From assembly GCF_009914755.1 (NCBI RefSeq), contig NC_060934.1: DNA of 64,000 nt. The stretch is one strand, 5' to 3'. The DNA comes from the human T2T-CHM13v2.0 reference genome, Homo sapiens. Under the pieces are notes generated by a model, which did no database searches, was not told the DNA's origin, and was given only the letters and a program-made list of their open reading frames with translations. The translations under genes and the position numbers were made by a program. Positions 14,776 through 28,049 of the stretch are shown here, one piece after another. The stretch's first letter is position 1. The number at the start of each line of letters is the position of its first letter.

Positions 14776-15902
14776 TTACAGTATATATTCTTTTCGTAGG
14801 TGTGTCTGGCTTCTTTCAATTAGCATAATGATTTTGAAGTCCATGTTGTTTCATTTATCAATAGTTTATTTATTTCTATTGCCTAGGTGTTATTCTATTG
14901 TATGGATATGCTACAACTCATTTATCTATTCATACATTGATGAACACTTGAGTTGCCTCCAGCCACAAATAAAGATGCTATGAACTTTCCTGTATACCTC
15001 TCTGAATGAATCTATGCTTTCATTTATCTTGAGCAAATATCTAGGAGTGGAATGGCTAGGCCATATGATATGTCTATGTCTAAATGTTTTATTAAGAATT
15101 TTTGGGCAGGGAACAAGTCTGTTAATTTTCAGTTACGTATAGGTTTGTGTAGTCAATACCACAATCGGGATATAGAATGGTTTTATGATCAAATAACTAC
15201 TTTGTGTTTTCCTTCCCCAAAGTTAAATCTTTAGCAATGACTGATTTGTTCATCACCACCGTACTTTCATCTTTTTGAGAATGACATTTAGATGGAATTG
15301 TGTAGTATAAAGATTTGGAGACTGGCTTCTTTCAACTCAGTATAAAGCATTAGAGATTCCTCCAAGTTGCTGTGTATCAATAATATTATATTTTCATTGT
15401 TGAGTAATGTTTAACTTTTAAAGAAATTGCCAAATTATTTTTCCAATGTGTCTGTACCATTTTACATTCTTACCAGCAATGTATGAGCATTTCAGATCTT
15501 CCACATTTTCACCAACACTTGATATTGTCAGTCATTTAAATTTTGGCCATTCTGGTGTGTATGTAGTGATATTCATTGAGGTATTAATTTGCATTTCCCA
15601 ATTAGCTAATGACATTGAGCAACTTTTCATATTCTTATTTTGTTTATAAATCTGTAATAATTTGTTAAAACTTTCTGCCATTTTATAATTGTCTCATTTT
15701 TATTAAATTGTGTTTTCATATATTCCCCAAACAAGTCACTTGTTGGATACATTTCGCAAATACATTCTCCTTTTCTGTCAGTTCTTTTTCAGTCTATTGT
15801 CAGTGCCTTTTGAAAAGCAAATGCGTTTTTACTTTGATGAAGTCAAATTTTAAATTTTTTCTTTTATAGATTTGCATTTGTTACATTTAAGAAATTGTTG
15901 CC

Positions 15903-16199
15903 AGCCGGGCACAGTGGCTCACGCCTGTTATCCCAGCACTTTCGAAGGCTGAGGTGGGGGGATCACCTGAGGTCGGGAGTTTGAAACCAGCCTGACCAAC
16001 ATGGAGAAACCCCGTCTCTACTAAAAATAGAGAATCAGCCAGGCATGGTGGCACTTGCCTGTAATCTAGGTACTCGAGAGGCTGAGGGAGGAGAATTGCT
16101 TGAATCTGGGAGGTGGAGGTTGTGGTGAGCCGAGATTGTGCCGTTGCACTCCAGCCTGGGCAACAAAACTACGTCTCAAAAAAAAAAAAAAAAAAAGAG
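15903..16199 (+). mobile_element. AluSp-like element, TSD agaaattgttgcca
   Basis: Sp-type gtcgggagttt and ctgaccaacatggagaaacccc; TSD at 15890-15903 and 16200-16213. Confidence 0.9.
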
Positions 16200-16395
16200 A
16201 GAAATTGTTGCCAACCCTAAGGTCATAAAAATTTTTACCAATATTATCTTTTAGATGCTTTATAGTTTTAGCTCTTACATTATGTATAGAAAGTCTTTCA
16301 AGTTGGTTTCTATAGATAGTGTGAGGTACGGATTGAAGTTTATTTGTTTACATATGGCTGTCCAATTGTTCTGCAATGTTGGTTGTAAAGATTAA

Positions 16396-16742
<347 letters not shown>

Positions 16743-18369
16743 TTAATTGTCTTTTGCTTCATATTATTTTTGAAGTGTTTATACCTTAACAGTTTTTTCT
16801 CATAGCTGTATTTGCCTATCATTTATTAGCATAATACTTCTGATTCCCTACATATAGTAAATTGAAGGAAATGTGGATGCCTGACCTAAACTATATAATT
16901 ACCACTTAATCTTTCAATAATTTTTATTTAGAGCAAAGAATCAGAAGATGGATGTACAATCTGTACCACAAAAATAATGGGCATCTAGAGGAAAGGCCCT
17001 CTAATCCCTCATCTTGAAATTCCTGTTTCTGCTTCTTAAAATGTTATTGTTTTTGACAGTTCCTTGAATTCTGGAAGAAAACAAAGTCCTTTCAATAAAT
17101 TTCCTTAAACGCCAAGATGAACTTAAGTTCACCTCTGTATTTTTTACCCAAAGAGGCCCATTCAGGAAAACATTTGTTTTTAATGCTTCATACATTTGAA
17201 AATGCACATCTAATATACTTCAAAGGAGCACTACCTCAAAAAATACAGTATCAAATTTTTCCCTTCACCACTGAAAATGTTTATCTTTACATATAAAATT
17301 AGTAAGCTGATTAACACAGAAATAAAAGAGAACACTGTCTTCTGGGTGCCATGAAGATGTGTGGTAATTCCTCAGATTTTGACATTGTAGATATATAGAA
17401 ATTATAGTCAGTTTCAATAAAACACTGCTAATGAAAACACCCACAATTTCCTTTGGTAGAACAAAAACAATTATAACATGTAACTTATCTCTCCAGGTAA
17501 TTTTTTTGTGAAAACCTTTTAATGAACCATGAATGCTGGATACCCTGCAGAAGCCAAGGTATTGAAATGTAAAAACATTGTACGAGAATAGAAACACATG
17601 TCTAAGTTCAAGGTCCCTACAGAATCCCTTATTTATCCCACTTAGAAAATGTAATATAAACTCTATTTAGCAAAGCTTAATTCATCTAAAAATATAGCTG
17701 CTTCTGAACCATCTCTGAAGCTCTGGGTTTTATTTCTTTTTAGTCATTCCCTTATTTGATCTTGGGATTAATTATATTAATATTCCATTCCTCTGACATT
17801 AAATTCACCTGCTACCCCTTTTACATAACTAAAATTTTGTTGATAATTTTAACCATTATTTTCATCTATGCCCTAACAACACATTTGTTTTTGTATCAAG
17901 TTATCCCTAGGTTCAAATATATATTAGAAAAATTACCTCTAATTTCTCATTATTTTCTTCCATTAATTTTAACTTTAGCACTTTTTCTTTTCAGCTACTA
18001 TGTTCTCTTAGTGCATTCTTTGATAATTCTAAATGCAAAAAGTAAACTACCTTTGTCCTGCTTTTACAGCTTCCAAAAATCATTAGTTCTAAATCTGTCT
18101 CCTTTGCAAAACTTCTTTTTCAGCTACTTGTTATAAATAACGAACTTCATTTTCTTATCGAAAATGTTTTTAATAACTGTGTAATAGCCACCAAAATAAT
18201 TTAAATCCATTTTTACATATTATTAGGGAAAACTAAAATTCTTATCTTAGTAGCCAATATCTCAACTTCAAAAAATCTTTACCAAAGATTTTATTGGGTT
18301 GCTTTTCCTATGCATATTTATGACAATGCTTCTGATTGTATAGTTCAGGTATACCTACACTAGAAAGAC

Positions 18370-18483
18370 CGAGTTCTTGTCCCAGATCTTCTGAATCAGA
18401 AGCTCTGAAAAGGGAGGTCAAGAGAATGCACTTTGAACAATCTCACTGAATTCTTGTATCCTTTAAAGTTTGAAAACCACCTC
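18370..18483. mobile_element. MER5-family (hAT-Charlie) fragment
   Basis: ctgaatcagaagctctg...aatgcactttgaacaa...aaagtttgaaaaccac. Confidence 0.65.
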
Positions 18484-19297
18484 TTCATGGTACATGATAC
18501 GTTCATATCTGTTATTTAAACATAAAAATAATTACAAAATTCAGAAACTATGTTATTACTAATAGAACCAACATTTTTTCTGACTACGTAGATTCAAATC
18601 CCCAAGTTACTTTCACTAGCCAGTTCTCTACACATTTTCCAAGTGATTCTTCCTTACCTTAGAACGTCTCTCTGATGTGTTCCTTTTTCATAGTCCTAAT
18701 CTCTTACCTTACTTAGACCCTTGTCATTTCATACTTGTACCACGGTGATAGCCTCCTAATATCTTCTGACATTCCATTCCCTTATAATCACTGAAGGAAA
18801 CTTTCTAAAACGCTACTTTTATTGCCCAATTATCTAGACAAAATTTTATCTATTGTGTACTGGGGTAACCCCTAAAATAGAATTGAGAATAAAAGGTATA
18901 AATTTATTTTTCTTTATGATTGATTCAATTTACATATAGTGAAATGCACAGATCTTAAGCTTTAACGTTTTAGGGGCATAGACCCATGCTATTACCACTC
19001 CTATTCAAACTTTATATTTATTTTTAAATAAAATAATACAAAAGTAAACTTAGCTAATGCTTTATATACCGACTGACACTGTGTCTCTGTATGTTTTAGG
19101 GACAAGCAAGGAATCTTGAGGGAGATGTGACAAGTGTACAGTGTGAAGGGATAAGCAGCAGTGTATTATTCAGAGTTCTTTAGAGAAACAAAACAAATAG
19201 GCTATAAGGACATATTAGTACTGACAGTGAGAAAGAAAGAGAGAGAGGGAGGGATTGATTCTGTCAATCAATTGGCTGATTGATTATGCAAATTTGT

Positions 19298-21713
19298 TGT
19301 TTTAGTCCATTTTCACACTGGTGAAAAGACATACCCAAGACTGGGCAATTTACAAAGGAAAAAGGTTTAATTGGACTTACAGTTCCACGTGGCTGGAGCC
19401 TCACACTCATGGTGGAAGGCAAGGAAAAGCACGTCACTTCTTACATGGATGGCAGCAGGCAAAGAGAGAGAGAGCTTCTGCAGGGGAACTCTGCTTTTTA
19501 AAACCATCATATCTCGTGAGATTATTCACTGTCATGAGAACAGCAACGGAAAGACTTGCCACCATTATTCAGTTATCTCCCACATGGTCCCTCCCACAAC
19601 ATGTGGGAATTTAAGATGAGATCTATGGCCAGGCATGGTGGCTCATGCCTATAATCCCAGCACTTTGGGAGGCTGAGGCAGGCAGATCACCTGTGTCAGG
19701 AGTTCGAGACCAGCATGCATAGCATAGTGAGATCCCATCTCTAGGTGAGATTTGGGTGAGACACAGCCAAACCATATCATTCTGCACTTGACCTCTCCCA
19801 AATCTCACATCCTCACATTTCAAAACAATTCATGCCTTCTCAATAGTCCTCCAAAGTGTTAACCCATTTCAGCATTAACTCAAAAGTCCACAGTCCAAAG
19901 TCTCACCAGAGACAAGGCAAGTTCCTTCCACCTATGCATCTGTAAAATCAAAAGCAGGCTAGTTACTTTCTAGATAGAGTGGGGATACGGGCATTGGATA
20001 AATACAGCCATTCCAAATGGGAGAAATTGGCCAAAACGAAGGGTCTACAGGCCCCCAAGTCCAAAATCCAGCAGGAAAGTCAAATCTTAAAGCTCTGAAA
20101 TGATCTCCTTTGACTCCATGTCTCACATCCAGGTCACACTGATGTAAGTGGTGGGCTTCCACAGCCTTGGACAACTCCACCCCTGTTGCTTTGCAGAGTG
20201 TAGCCCCCTCCTGGCTGCTTTCATGGGCTGGGGTCGGGTGTCTGTAGTTTTTCCAGAGGTACTGTGTAAGCTGTTGGTGGATCTACCATTCTGGGGTCTG
20301 TAAAATGGTGGCCCTCTTCTCACAGCTCCACTAGGTGGTGCCCCAGTAGGGACTCAGTGTGGGGGCTCTGACCCCAAGTTTCCCTCCTGCACTGCACTAG
20401 TGGAGGTTCTTCATGAGATCCCTGCCCCTGAAGCAAACTTCTGCCTTAACATACAAGGCATTTCCACACATCTTCTGAAATCTAGGTGGAGCTTCCCAAA
20501 CCTCAATTCTTGACTTCTGAGCACTCACAGGCTCAATACTTTGTGGAAGCTGCTGAAGCTTGGGGCTTACACCCTCTGAAGCAGGGCCTGAGCTCTATGT
20601 TGGCCCCTTTCAGCCACAGCTGGAGCAGCTAGGACACAGGGCAACAAGTCCCAAGGCTGCACAAGCATGGGGATCCTGGGCCCAGCCCACAGAACCATCT
20701 TTTCTCCCCAGGCCTCCAGGCTGGTGGTGGGAGGGGCTGTCATGAAGACCTCTGAAATGTCCTGGAGACGTTTTTCCCATTATCTACAGGATTAACATAC
20801 AGCTCCTCGTTACTTATGCAAATTTCTGCAGCCAGCTTGAATTTCTCCTCAAAAAATGAGATTTTCTTTTCTATCAAATTATCAGGCTGTAAATATTCTG
20901 AACTTTTATGCTCTGTTTCCCTAATAAAACTGAATGCCTTTAACAGCACCCAAGTCACCTCTTGAATGCTTTTGCTACTTAGAAATTTCTTCCACCAGAT
21001 AACCTCAATCATCTCTCAAGTTCAAAGTTCCACAAATATCTAAGGCAGGGGCAAAATGCTGCCAGTCTTTTTGCTAAAACATAACAAGAGTCACCTTTGC
21101 TCCAGTTACCAACAAGTTCCTCATCTCTATCTGAGACCACCTCAGCCTGGTTTTCATCATTAATATCATTATCAGCATTTTGGTCAAAGCCATTCGGTAA
21201 GTCTCTAGAGAGTTCCAAACTTTCTCGCATCTTCCTATCTTCTACAGAGCCCTGCAAACTGTTCCAATCTCTGCCTGTTACCCAGTTCCAAAGTCGTTTC
21301 TGCATTTTTGGGTCTCTTTTCAGCAACACCCCACTCCTGTTACCAATTTACTGTATTAGTTCATTTTCACACAGCTGATAAAGACATACCAGAGACTGGG
21401 CAATTTTCAAAAGAAAAAGGTTTAATTGGACTTACAGTTCCACGTGGCTGAGGAAGCTTTACAATCATGGTGGAAGGCAAGGAGGAGCAACCCACATCTT
21501 ACATGGATGGCAGCAGGCAAAGAGAGAACACTTGTGCAGGGGAACTCCTCTTTTTAAAAAAAAATCATCAGATCTTGTGAGACTTATTCACTATCACAAT
21601 AACAACACAGGAAAGACTTGGCCCCATTATTCAATTACCTCCCACCTTGTCCCTCCCACAACACATAGGAATTCAAAATGAGATTTGGGTGGTGACACAG
21701 CCAAGCGATATCA
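19298..21713 (-). mobile_element. Full-length THE1 (THE1A-like) MaLR element: LTRs 19298-19779 and 21352-21713, internal region 19780-21351, TSD tttgt
   Basis: Two homologous LTRs (tgt.ttagt...atatca), THE1-int sequence between them, TSD at 19293-19297 and 21714-21718. Confidence 0.92.
19627..19743 (+). mobile_element. Alu left monomer without A tail, inside the THE1 3' LTR
   Basis: ggccaggcatggtggctc...gatcccatctcta; absent from the sister LTR. Confidence 0.88.
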
Positions 21714-22669
21714 TTTGTTATGAATGCTAAGAGCATCTACTCTCTGCAAATTAGAGAACCAGAAAAACTGGTGGTGCATTTTTTATCAGGTCCAGAGGCC
21801 TAAGAACCAGGGGAGTCATTGGTATAAGTCTCAGAATCTGAAAGCCTGAGAACTAAGCACTGTAATGTTTGATGGCAGGAGAAGATGGACGTTCCAGTTC
21901 AAGAAGAGAGAACTCATCCTTCCTCTGCCTTTTTGTTCTATTCAGGCCCTCAATGGACTGGATGATACCTGCCCATATTGGTAAGAGCAGATCTTCTTCA
22001 CTCAGTCTTCTGATTCAAATATTAGTCTCTTTTTGAAACACTCTCTTAGACAGACCCAGAAATAATGTTTTACCAGCTCTTTCTACATGCCTTAAATCAG
22101 TCAAGCTGTCAAATAAAATTAAGCATCACAAGCAGCCTTCTCTCTTGTCTGTTTGCTTTCAACACATTGCAGTGACTTTTAGTTTACATTTGGCCAGTTA
22201 AAGGGATCTGTATTTTATAATATTAATTTTACACCAAACTAATGCTCAAAAAAATGAATAAATAGCTGAGAAATATCTCTGCAAATAAACCTGAGATTAA
22301 AGGTAACACTAATGATATGTGTAGAAGTGAACACCAACAGAGATGGAAAAATCCCTTCCCATTCCTCTGCTAAAACAGCTTAATCAGTCATGTTATTAGG
22401 TCAAAACCGTGGAGATCCAGGCAGACCAGAAATAAAGTCAGACTGACAATTTTGATGTAATTAATACAATTATTTATAATGTTGACTTATATATAATACA
22501 ATTAATCATTTTCTATGTGATATATGAACATTGAAAATTTAATGACTGATAAAATACATGTATAATTCTTAAATATTAGAGTGTGTACTCAAAAATATTT
22601 TTTAATTCATGGGATGAAGGATCATAAAAGTTATGTATTCATTATAAAATGTAGCTATCATTAACTAAA

Positions 22670-23028
22670 TGATATGGTTTTGGCTGTGTCCCCACCCAAA
22701 TCTCATCTTGAATTGTAACTCCCACAGTTTCTGAATCTCATGGGAGGAAGCTTGTGGGAGGTAATTGAATCATGAAGGCGGGTCTTTCCTGTACTCTTCT
22801 CGTGAAAGTGAATAAGTCTCACAAGATCTGATGGTATTAAAAGTGGGAGTTTCCTTCACAAGCTCTCTTTTCTTATATTTTGCCATGTGAGACATGCCGT
22901 TCACCTTCCGCCATGATTGTGAGGCCTTCCTGAACATGTGGAACTGTAAATCCATTAAACCTCTTTCTTTTGTAAATTATGTAGTCTCAGGTATGTCTTT
23001 ATCAGCAGCATGAAAACGGAATAATATA
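22670..23028 (+). mobile_element. THE1B-like solo LTR, TSD ctaa[a/c]
   Basis: tgatatggttttggctgtgtccccacccaaatctcatcttgaattgta...cagcatgaaaacggaataatata. Confidence 0.9.
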
Positions 23029-23179
23029 CTAACATACACACACAATCTTGCCTAAAGTTATTTATGTCTTAAAGTTCAGAGCTCCACTTTATGAACCCTC
23101 TCATCTCCTTGAATTACTTGAATTAGATCAAAGATGGAAAACATTTTTTGTTTCCTAACAAGTAAAATAATCTTTTTTT

Positions 23180-23320
23180 CCCCTCACCTTAAATCTGGGC
23201 AGGAATTGTCCTTGCTTTGACCAGTATATGATAGTAGATTATTTCTACTGATTCAGTTCTGGGATCAGGCCTTCAGAAGTTTGATAGCTTTCACTTTTGC
23301 CTTCTTAAAAGGCAGGCATA
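23180..23320 (+). mobile_element. MLT1 (E/F-like) LTR fragment
   Basis: ccttaaatctgggc...cttgctttgaccag...aggccttcagaag...tttcacttttgccttctt. Confidence 0.5.
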
Positions 23321-24317
23321 CATGCAATTAAATGGACTATTTTAAATAAATTCTATAAAGAACATTTTCTTTAAAAAATAATTTCCAAAATGTAGAAGTA
23401 CATTAAAATTAGAAGAAGCATTCTAGAGAATGGTAAGGCATGAGGAAAAATACACCTTGGGGGATATATTTAAGGTTATATAATGTTTGAAAAAACCACA
23501 TGTGCTCAGCTATAAGTGTTCAGTTATAAGAACCCAGTTGTGTAGCACAAGGATCATGAAACAAAAGAAAATATAAACAAAAAATAAGAAAACAAAAAAG
23601 GAAACAGAAAAATATGGACTCTCTGATAACTGTGAAATATGAAATACAAAATGAAATATGGTAACTGTGAAATATGAAATACACAATAGAAGAAATGTTG
23701 GGCCCATGAACATTTTCATCCCTTCTCAATGTGATATATGCATTGAGGAAGGGACAAAAAATGTGTTTTTCTCTTCACATTTCCAATATGAGTATACTGT
23801 ATACTTGGCCATGAAAGTGCTAATACTTGATAATACCTACCACAGTTAATGAAGGTTGATAAAAAAATTTAAACCAAGGTTTCTGGCTCTAGTATCTCCA
23901 TTCTTAATCAATGGGTGACACCAACATTTTAGTTGCCAGAATATTCATAATATTATTATAATCATACTTTGAAAAATTAGAAAAAATACTGTTAGCAATA
24001 TTATATTTATGTTTTAGTATGTAACATATATCTCATCTATATGATATTTAATACATATTACTTTTCACACATTAGCTGCTCATATAAGAGTACTTAATAC
24101 TACAAGCTACTGTTACAAGCTAAAGTCAGCAGACTTTCTTATATTATTAGAAATAAATACACATTGTATGATATCATTATTAATGACAGTGCTGCAACAG
24201 AGCTTGATAGCTGTTAACATTTACATTAAAAATGGTCAGACTTGATAACACAATTAGAAGCAGAAATTTCAGCTACATATATGATTAAGGGGTCTACAGA
24301 TTATGCTTTTCTTTCAG

Positions 24318-25666
24318 AGACCTTCATGGCAGGTTTCTCCACCATAGGCCTTGAGACTTAGGAGGAAAGAATGGTTTTGTGGGCCAGGACCACGGCTCCA
24401 CTGCCCTGTGCAACCTCAGGACACTGCTTCCTGCATCCAGCCATTCCAGCTCTAGCCATGGCTACATGGCCCCCAGATATGCCTCAGGCCTCTGCTTCAG
24501 AGCATGCAAGCCATAGCCTTGGCAGCTTCCATGTGATGTTAAACCTGTGGACACACAGAGGGAAATGGTTGAGGCTTGGAAGCCTCCACTTACATTTCAA
24601 AGGATGTATGGAAATGTCTGGATGTCCAGGCAGAAATCTGCTGCAGGGGTGGAGCCCTCATGGAACACCTCTACCAGGGCAGTGTGGAAGGGAAATGTGA
24701 GGTGGGAGCCCCCACACAGAGTTCCCACTGGGGCACTGCCTATTGGAGCTGTGAGAAGAAGGCAACTATTCTCCAGACCCCAGAATGGTAGATCCACTGA
24801 CAGCTTGCAATGTGCACCTGGAAAAGGCACAAGCACCAAACACCAGCCCATGAAATCAGCCAATGGGGCTGTACTGTGCAAAGCCACAGAGGCAGAAATA
24901 CCCAAGGCCTTGGGAGCCCACCCCCTGCATCAGTGTGGCCTGGATATGAGACATGAAGTCAAAGGAGATTATTTTGGAGATTTAAGATTTAATGACTGCC
25001 CTCCTGGGTTTTGGACTTCCATGGGGACTGTAGACCCTTTGCTTTGGCTGATTTCTCCTTTTTTGGAATGGGTGTATTCACCCAAAGCCTGTACCCCCAT
25101 TGTATCTTGTAAGTTTTTTCAGGCTCATAGGCGGAAGGGACTTGCCTTGTCTCAGATGAGATTTTGGACTGTGGACTTCTCAGTTAATTCTGAAATCAGT
25201 TAAGACTTGGGGAACTGTTGAGAAAGGATGATTGTATTTTGCAATGTGAGAATGACATGAGATTTCAGAGGAACCAGGGGTTTCATGATATGGTTTGGAT
25301 TTGTTTCCCCACCCAAATCTCATGTTAAATTGTAATCTCCAATGTAGGAGGAGGGACCTCGTAGGAGGTCATTGAATAATGGGGGGAAATTTCCCCCTTG
25401 CTGTTCTGGTGACAGTGGTGTCAGTGAGTGAGTTCTCATGAGATCTGGTTGTTTAAAAGTGTGTAGTACCACCCCTTCTCTCTCCTGCTCTGGCCACGTA
25501 AGATGCGCCAACTTCCCCTTCAGCCATGATTGAAAGTTTCCTGAGGCTTCTCCAGCCATGCTTCTTGTACAGCCTGTAGAACTGTGAGCCACTTAAACCT
25601 ATTTTTATTTATAAATCACCCAGTAACAGGTAGTTATTTATAGCAGTGCAAGAACAGACTAACACA
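24318..25666 (+). mobile_element. MSTA-like MaLR: 5'-truncated internal region (24318-25285) plus 3' LTR (25286-25666)
   Basis: Internal sequence homologous to the THE1-int in this window; LTR tgatatggtttggatttg...aacagactaacaca. Confidence 0.88.
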
Positions 25667-26880
25667 GAAGAGGTATTAAATATTCTCTAATGGTAGAATT
25701 TACCAGTAAAGCATCTGATCCAGAATTCTTCTTTGTGGGAAGATCTTTTTGATTACTAAGTCAGTCTATTAACTTGTTAAAAGTCTACCCCAATTTTTTA
25801 TTTTTTCTGAAGTCAGTTTGAATAGTTTGATTCCAGGAATTTGTCCATTGCATCCATTTGTCTAGTTGGCATAAATTGTATATAATATTCCCTCATAACA
25901 TTTTTTTATTTCTCTAAGCTAAATAGAAGGTCCTCTCTTTCATTCCAAGTTAGTAAATTGCATCTTATCTCTTTTATTCCTGGTCAGTCTAGCTAGAGGT
26001 TTGTTAATTTTGTTGATGATTTCAAAGAATTGATTTTGGCTTCATTTATTATCTCTACTGATTTCCTAATCCCTCTTTTATTACTTTCCACTGTAGTCTC
26101 TATTATTTCTATTGTGTTGTTTAGCTTTCTTTCTTTTTTTTTTTTTTTTTTTTTAAAGAGAGTCACCTCCAATCTCCTCCATCACTCAGGCTGGAGTAAA
26201 ATGATGTGATCGTAGCTCACTGCAGCCCTGCAGCCTTGACTTCCCAGACCCAGGTGATTCTCCCACCTTAGCCTCCTGAGTAGCTGAGGCCACAGGTGCA
26301 CACCACTATGCCCAGCTAATTCTTGTATTTTTTGTAGAGACAGGGTTTCGCCATATTGCCCAGGCTGGTCTCAAACTCCAGGTCTCAAGCAATCCAACTG
26401 TCTCGGCCTCCCAAAATGTTGGAATTACATGTGTGAGTCACCACAGATGGCCTCCCTTCTGCTCTTTTTCTTTAGTTTGCTTAACATTTCCAGTGTCTTT
26501 GTGACAAATATTACATTATTGATTAGAGATTAAAATACATGTTACAAAGTATTGTTATTTTTATTTGTCTCAAAGTATTTTTCTGATTTTATTTCTTCCA
26601 TGAGTCATTGATTAAAGAATGTTTAACTTCCACACACTTGTGAATTTCCAAAATTTCCTTCATTATAATTTCTAATTGCATTCCATTTTTGTCAGAGAAT
26701 AGAGTTTGTATTATTTCAATCATCTTCAATTTAACGATATTGGTTTTATGGCCTAACATGATCTATACTGAAGAACATTCTAGGTGCACTTGAGAAGAAT
26801 GTGTATTCTGCTGTTAGGGGGTAGAGTGTTTTGTAGATATCTTTTAGGTCTAGCTGCTTTATGGAGTTGTTCCATCTTGA
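25667..26880 (-). mobile_element. Old L1M ORF2 fragment
   Basis: Reverse L1 motifs: ggtcagtctagctagaggtttgttaattttgttg, gcacttgagaagaatgtgtattctgctgtt. Confidence 0.8.
26126..26452 (-). mobile_element. AluJ
   Basis: J-type gctcactgcagcc, ttgcccaggctggtctcaaactcc...tcaagcaatcc; diverged. Confidence 0.88.
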
Positions 26881-27338
26881 CCTTAAGTTACTGCATTTGC
26901 AGAGTTTCAAGGTTAGTCAGAGATGAGAGCTTAGGGCCTTCCCAAGTGCTTCCTGAGTATATATACAGCTTGCTTTTATCTTTTTAGAATCCCAGAAATA
27001 TGTTAAACTTTTTAAAACTCCCTATGAACATCATTATCTAGCTTTTCCTTTAAAGACTTTTGGCTAGTCAATAATTCTGCCATTGATGTTCATGACAGTA
27101 GAACCATTGAAGAGGTTGACAACAGCCCTTGGATGACCTCGTCATAGACATCAGCATCCGTATCCTCACATATAGTAAACAGAGACTGTCTATAACAAAT
27201 GGAAGCAGGAGAGGAGTCGTCCATGTGGTAATTTACTGTTAGCTTGGAGAAACACATATATTCAGAAGTATTTGTATGGATTTAGGGAAAATTAAGAGTT
27301 TTGACAAAGTACGTGAAGTCAGAGTCATGGATATCCCC

Positions 27339-27341
<3 letters not shown>

Positions 27342-27389
<48 letters not shown>
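27342..27389. repeat. (TG)24 microsatellite
   Basis: Perfect TG run. Confidence 0.97.
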
Positions 27390-27393
<4 letters not shown>

Positions 27394-27620
27394 GTCTGGT
27401 TTTTGTTTTTGTGTTTCCATTTGTACCAGACTGATGTGACTTAGGTAACATGCCTTATTTTCCTTCCTAATGCTAATAACAATGTCAACTAAAATGTATT
27501 GAGCATTAACTTTTTTTCCAGGCAGCATTATGTACATTTACAATGTATTGGATCAAATTCTCACAACCCTTTTGTACAAAGATCTATTTTTGTTAATCCT
27601 ATATTAAAGAAGAATAATCT

Positions 27621-27780
27621 GGTCAGGTAGTGGCTCACGCCTGTAATCCCAGAACTTAGGGAGGCTAAGGTGGGAGGATCGCTTGAACCCAGGAAGTCGA
27701 AGCTTCAATGAGCTATGATTGTGCCGCTGCACTCCAGTGCGGGTGACAGAGCAAGACACTGTCTCAAAAGAAGAAAATAA
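27621..27780 (+). mobile_element. FRAM (free right Alu monomer) inserted in a MIR relic (about 27470-27910)
   Basis: Single monomer ggaggatcgcttgaacccagga...gagctatgattgtgccgctgcactccag...gtctcaaaa. Confidence 0.8.
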
Positions 27781-28049
27781 GAAGGACTAATTTCAGGTAA
27801 AGGGGGGCTAAATAACTTAAATAAAATTATGTCTAGTGTGAGTTAAAGTCAGGATTTTTAACATGGACAGTACAATTTCCAGAGGCTACACTCTCAACCC
27901 CTACAATTCTCTTCCTTCTAAAAATGTAAATAGTGTAAAAGGATATTATTCATTTACCTTAGCTGTGACAGCAAATAATTGTAAGAGTTTATATCTATTG
28001 TTTGGGACAATCCACTATCCTACAGTTGTAGGCTGATGAAACTTTCCAT

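Larger units (their letters stand above)
19162..22130 (-). mobile_element. MLT2 (ERVL, MLT2C/D-like) solo LTR split by a THE1 insertion; 5-nt TSD agcag (19157-19161 and 22131-22135)
   Basis: Starts tgtattattcagagttctttagagaaac, resumes at 21719 and ends aaaattaagcatcaca; perfect TSD. Confidence 0.85.

Noticed and set aside
17756-18136. 126-aa hydrophobic ORF resembling a membrane protein
   Set aside because: T-rich composition yields Leu/Ile/Phe by chance; TTG start; antisense within an intron.
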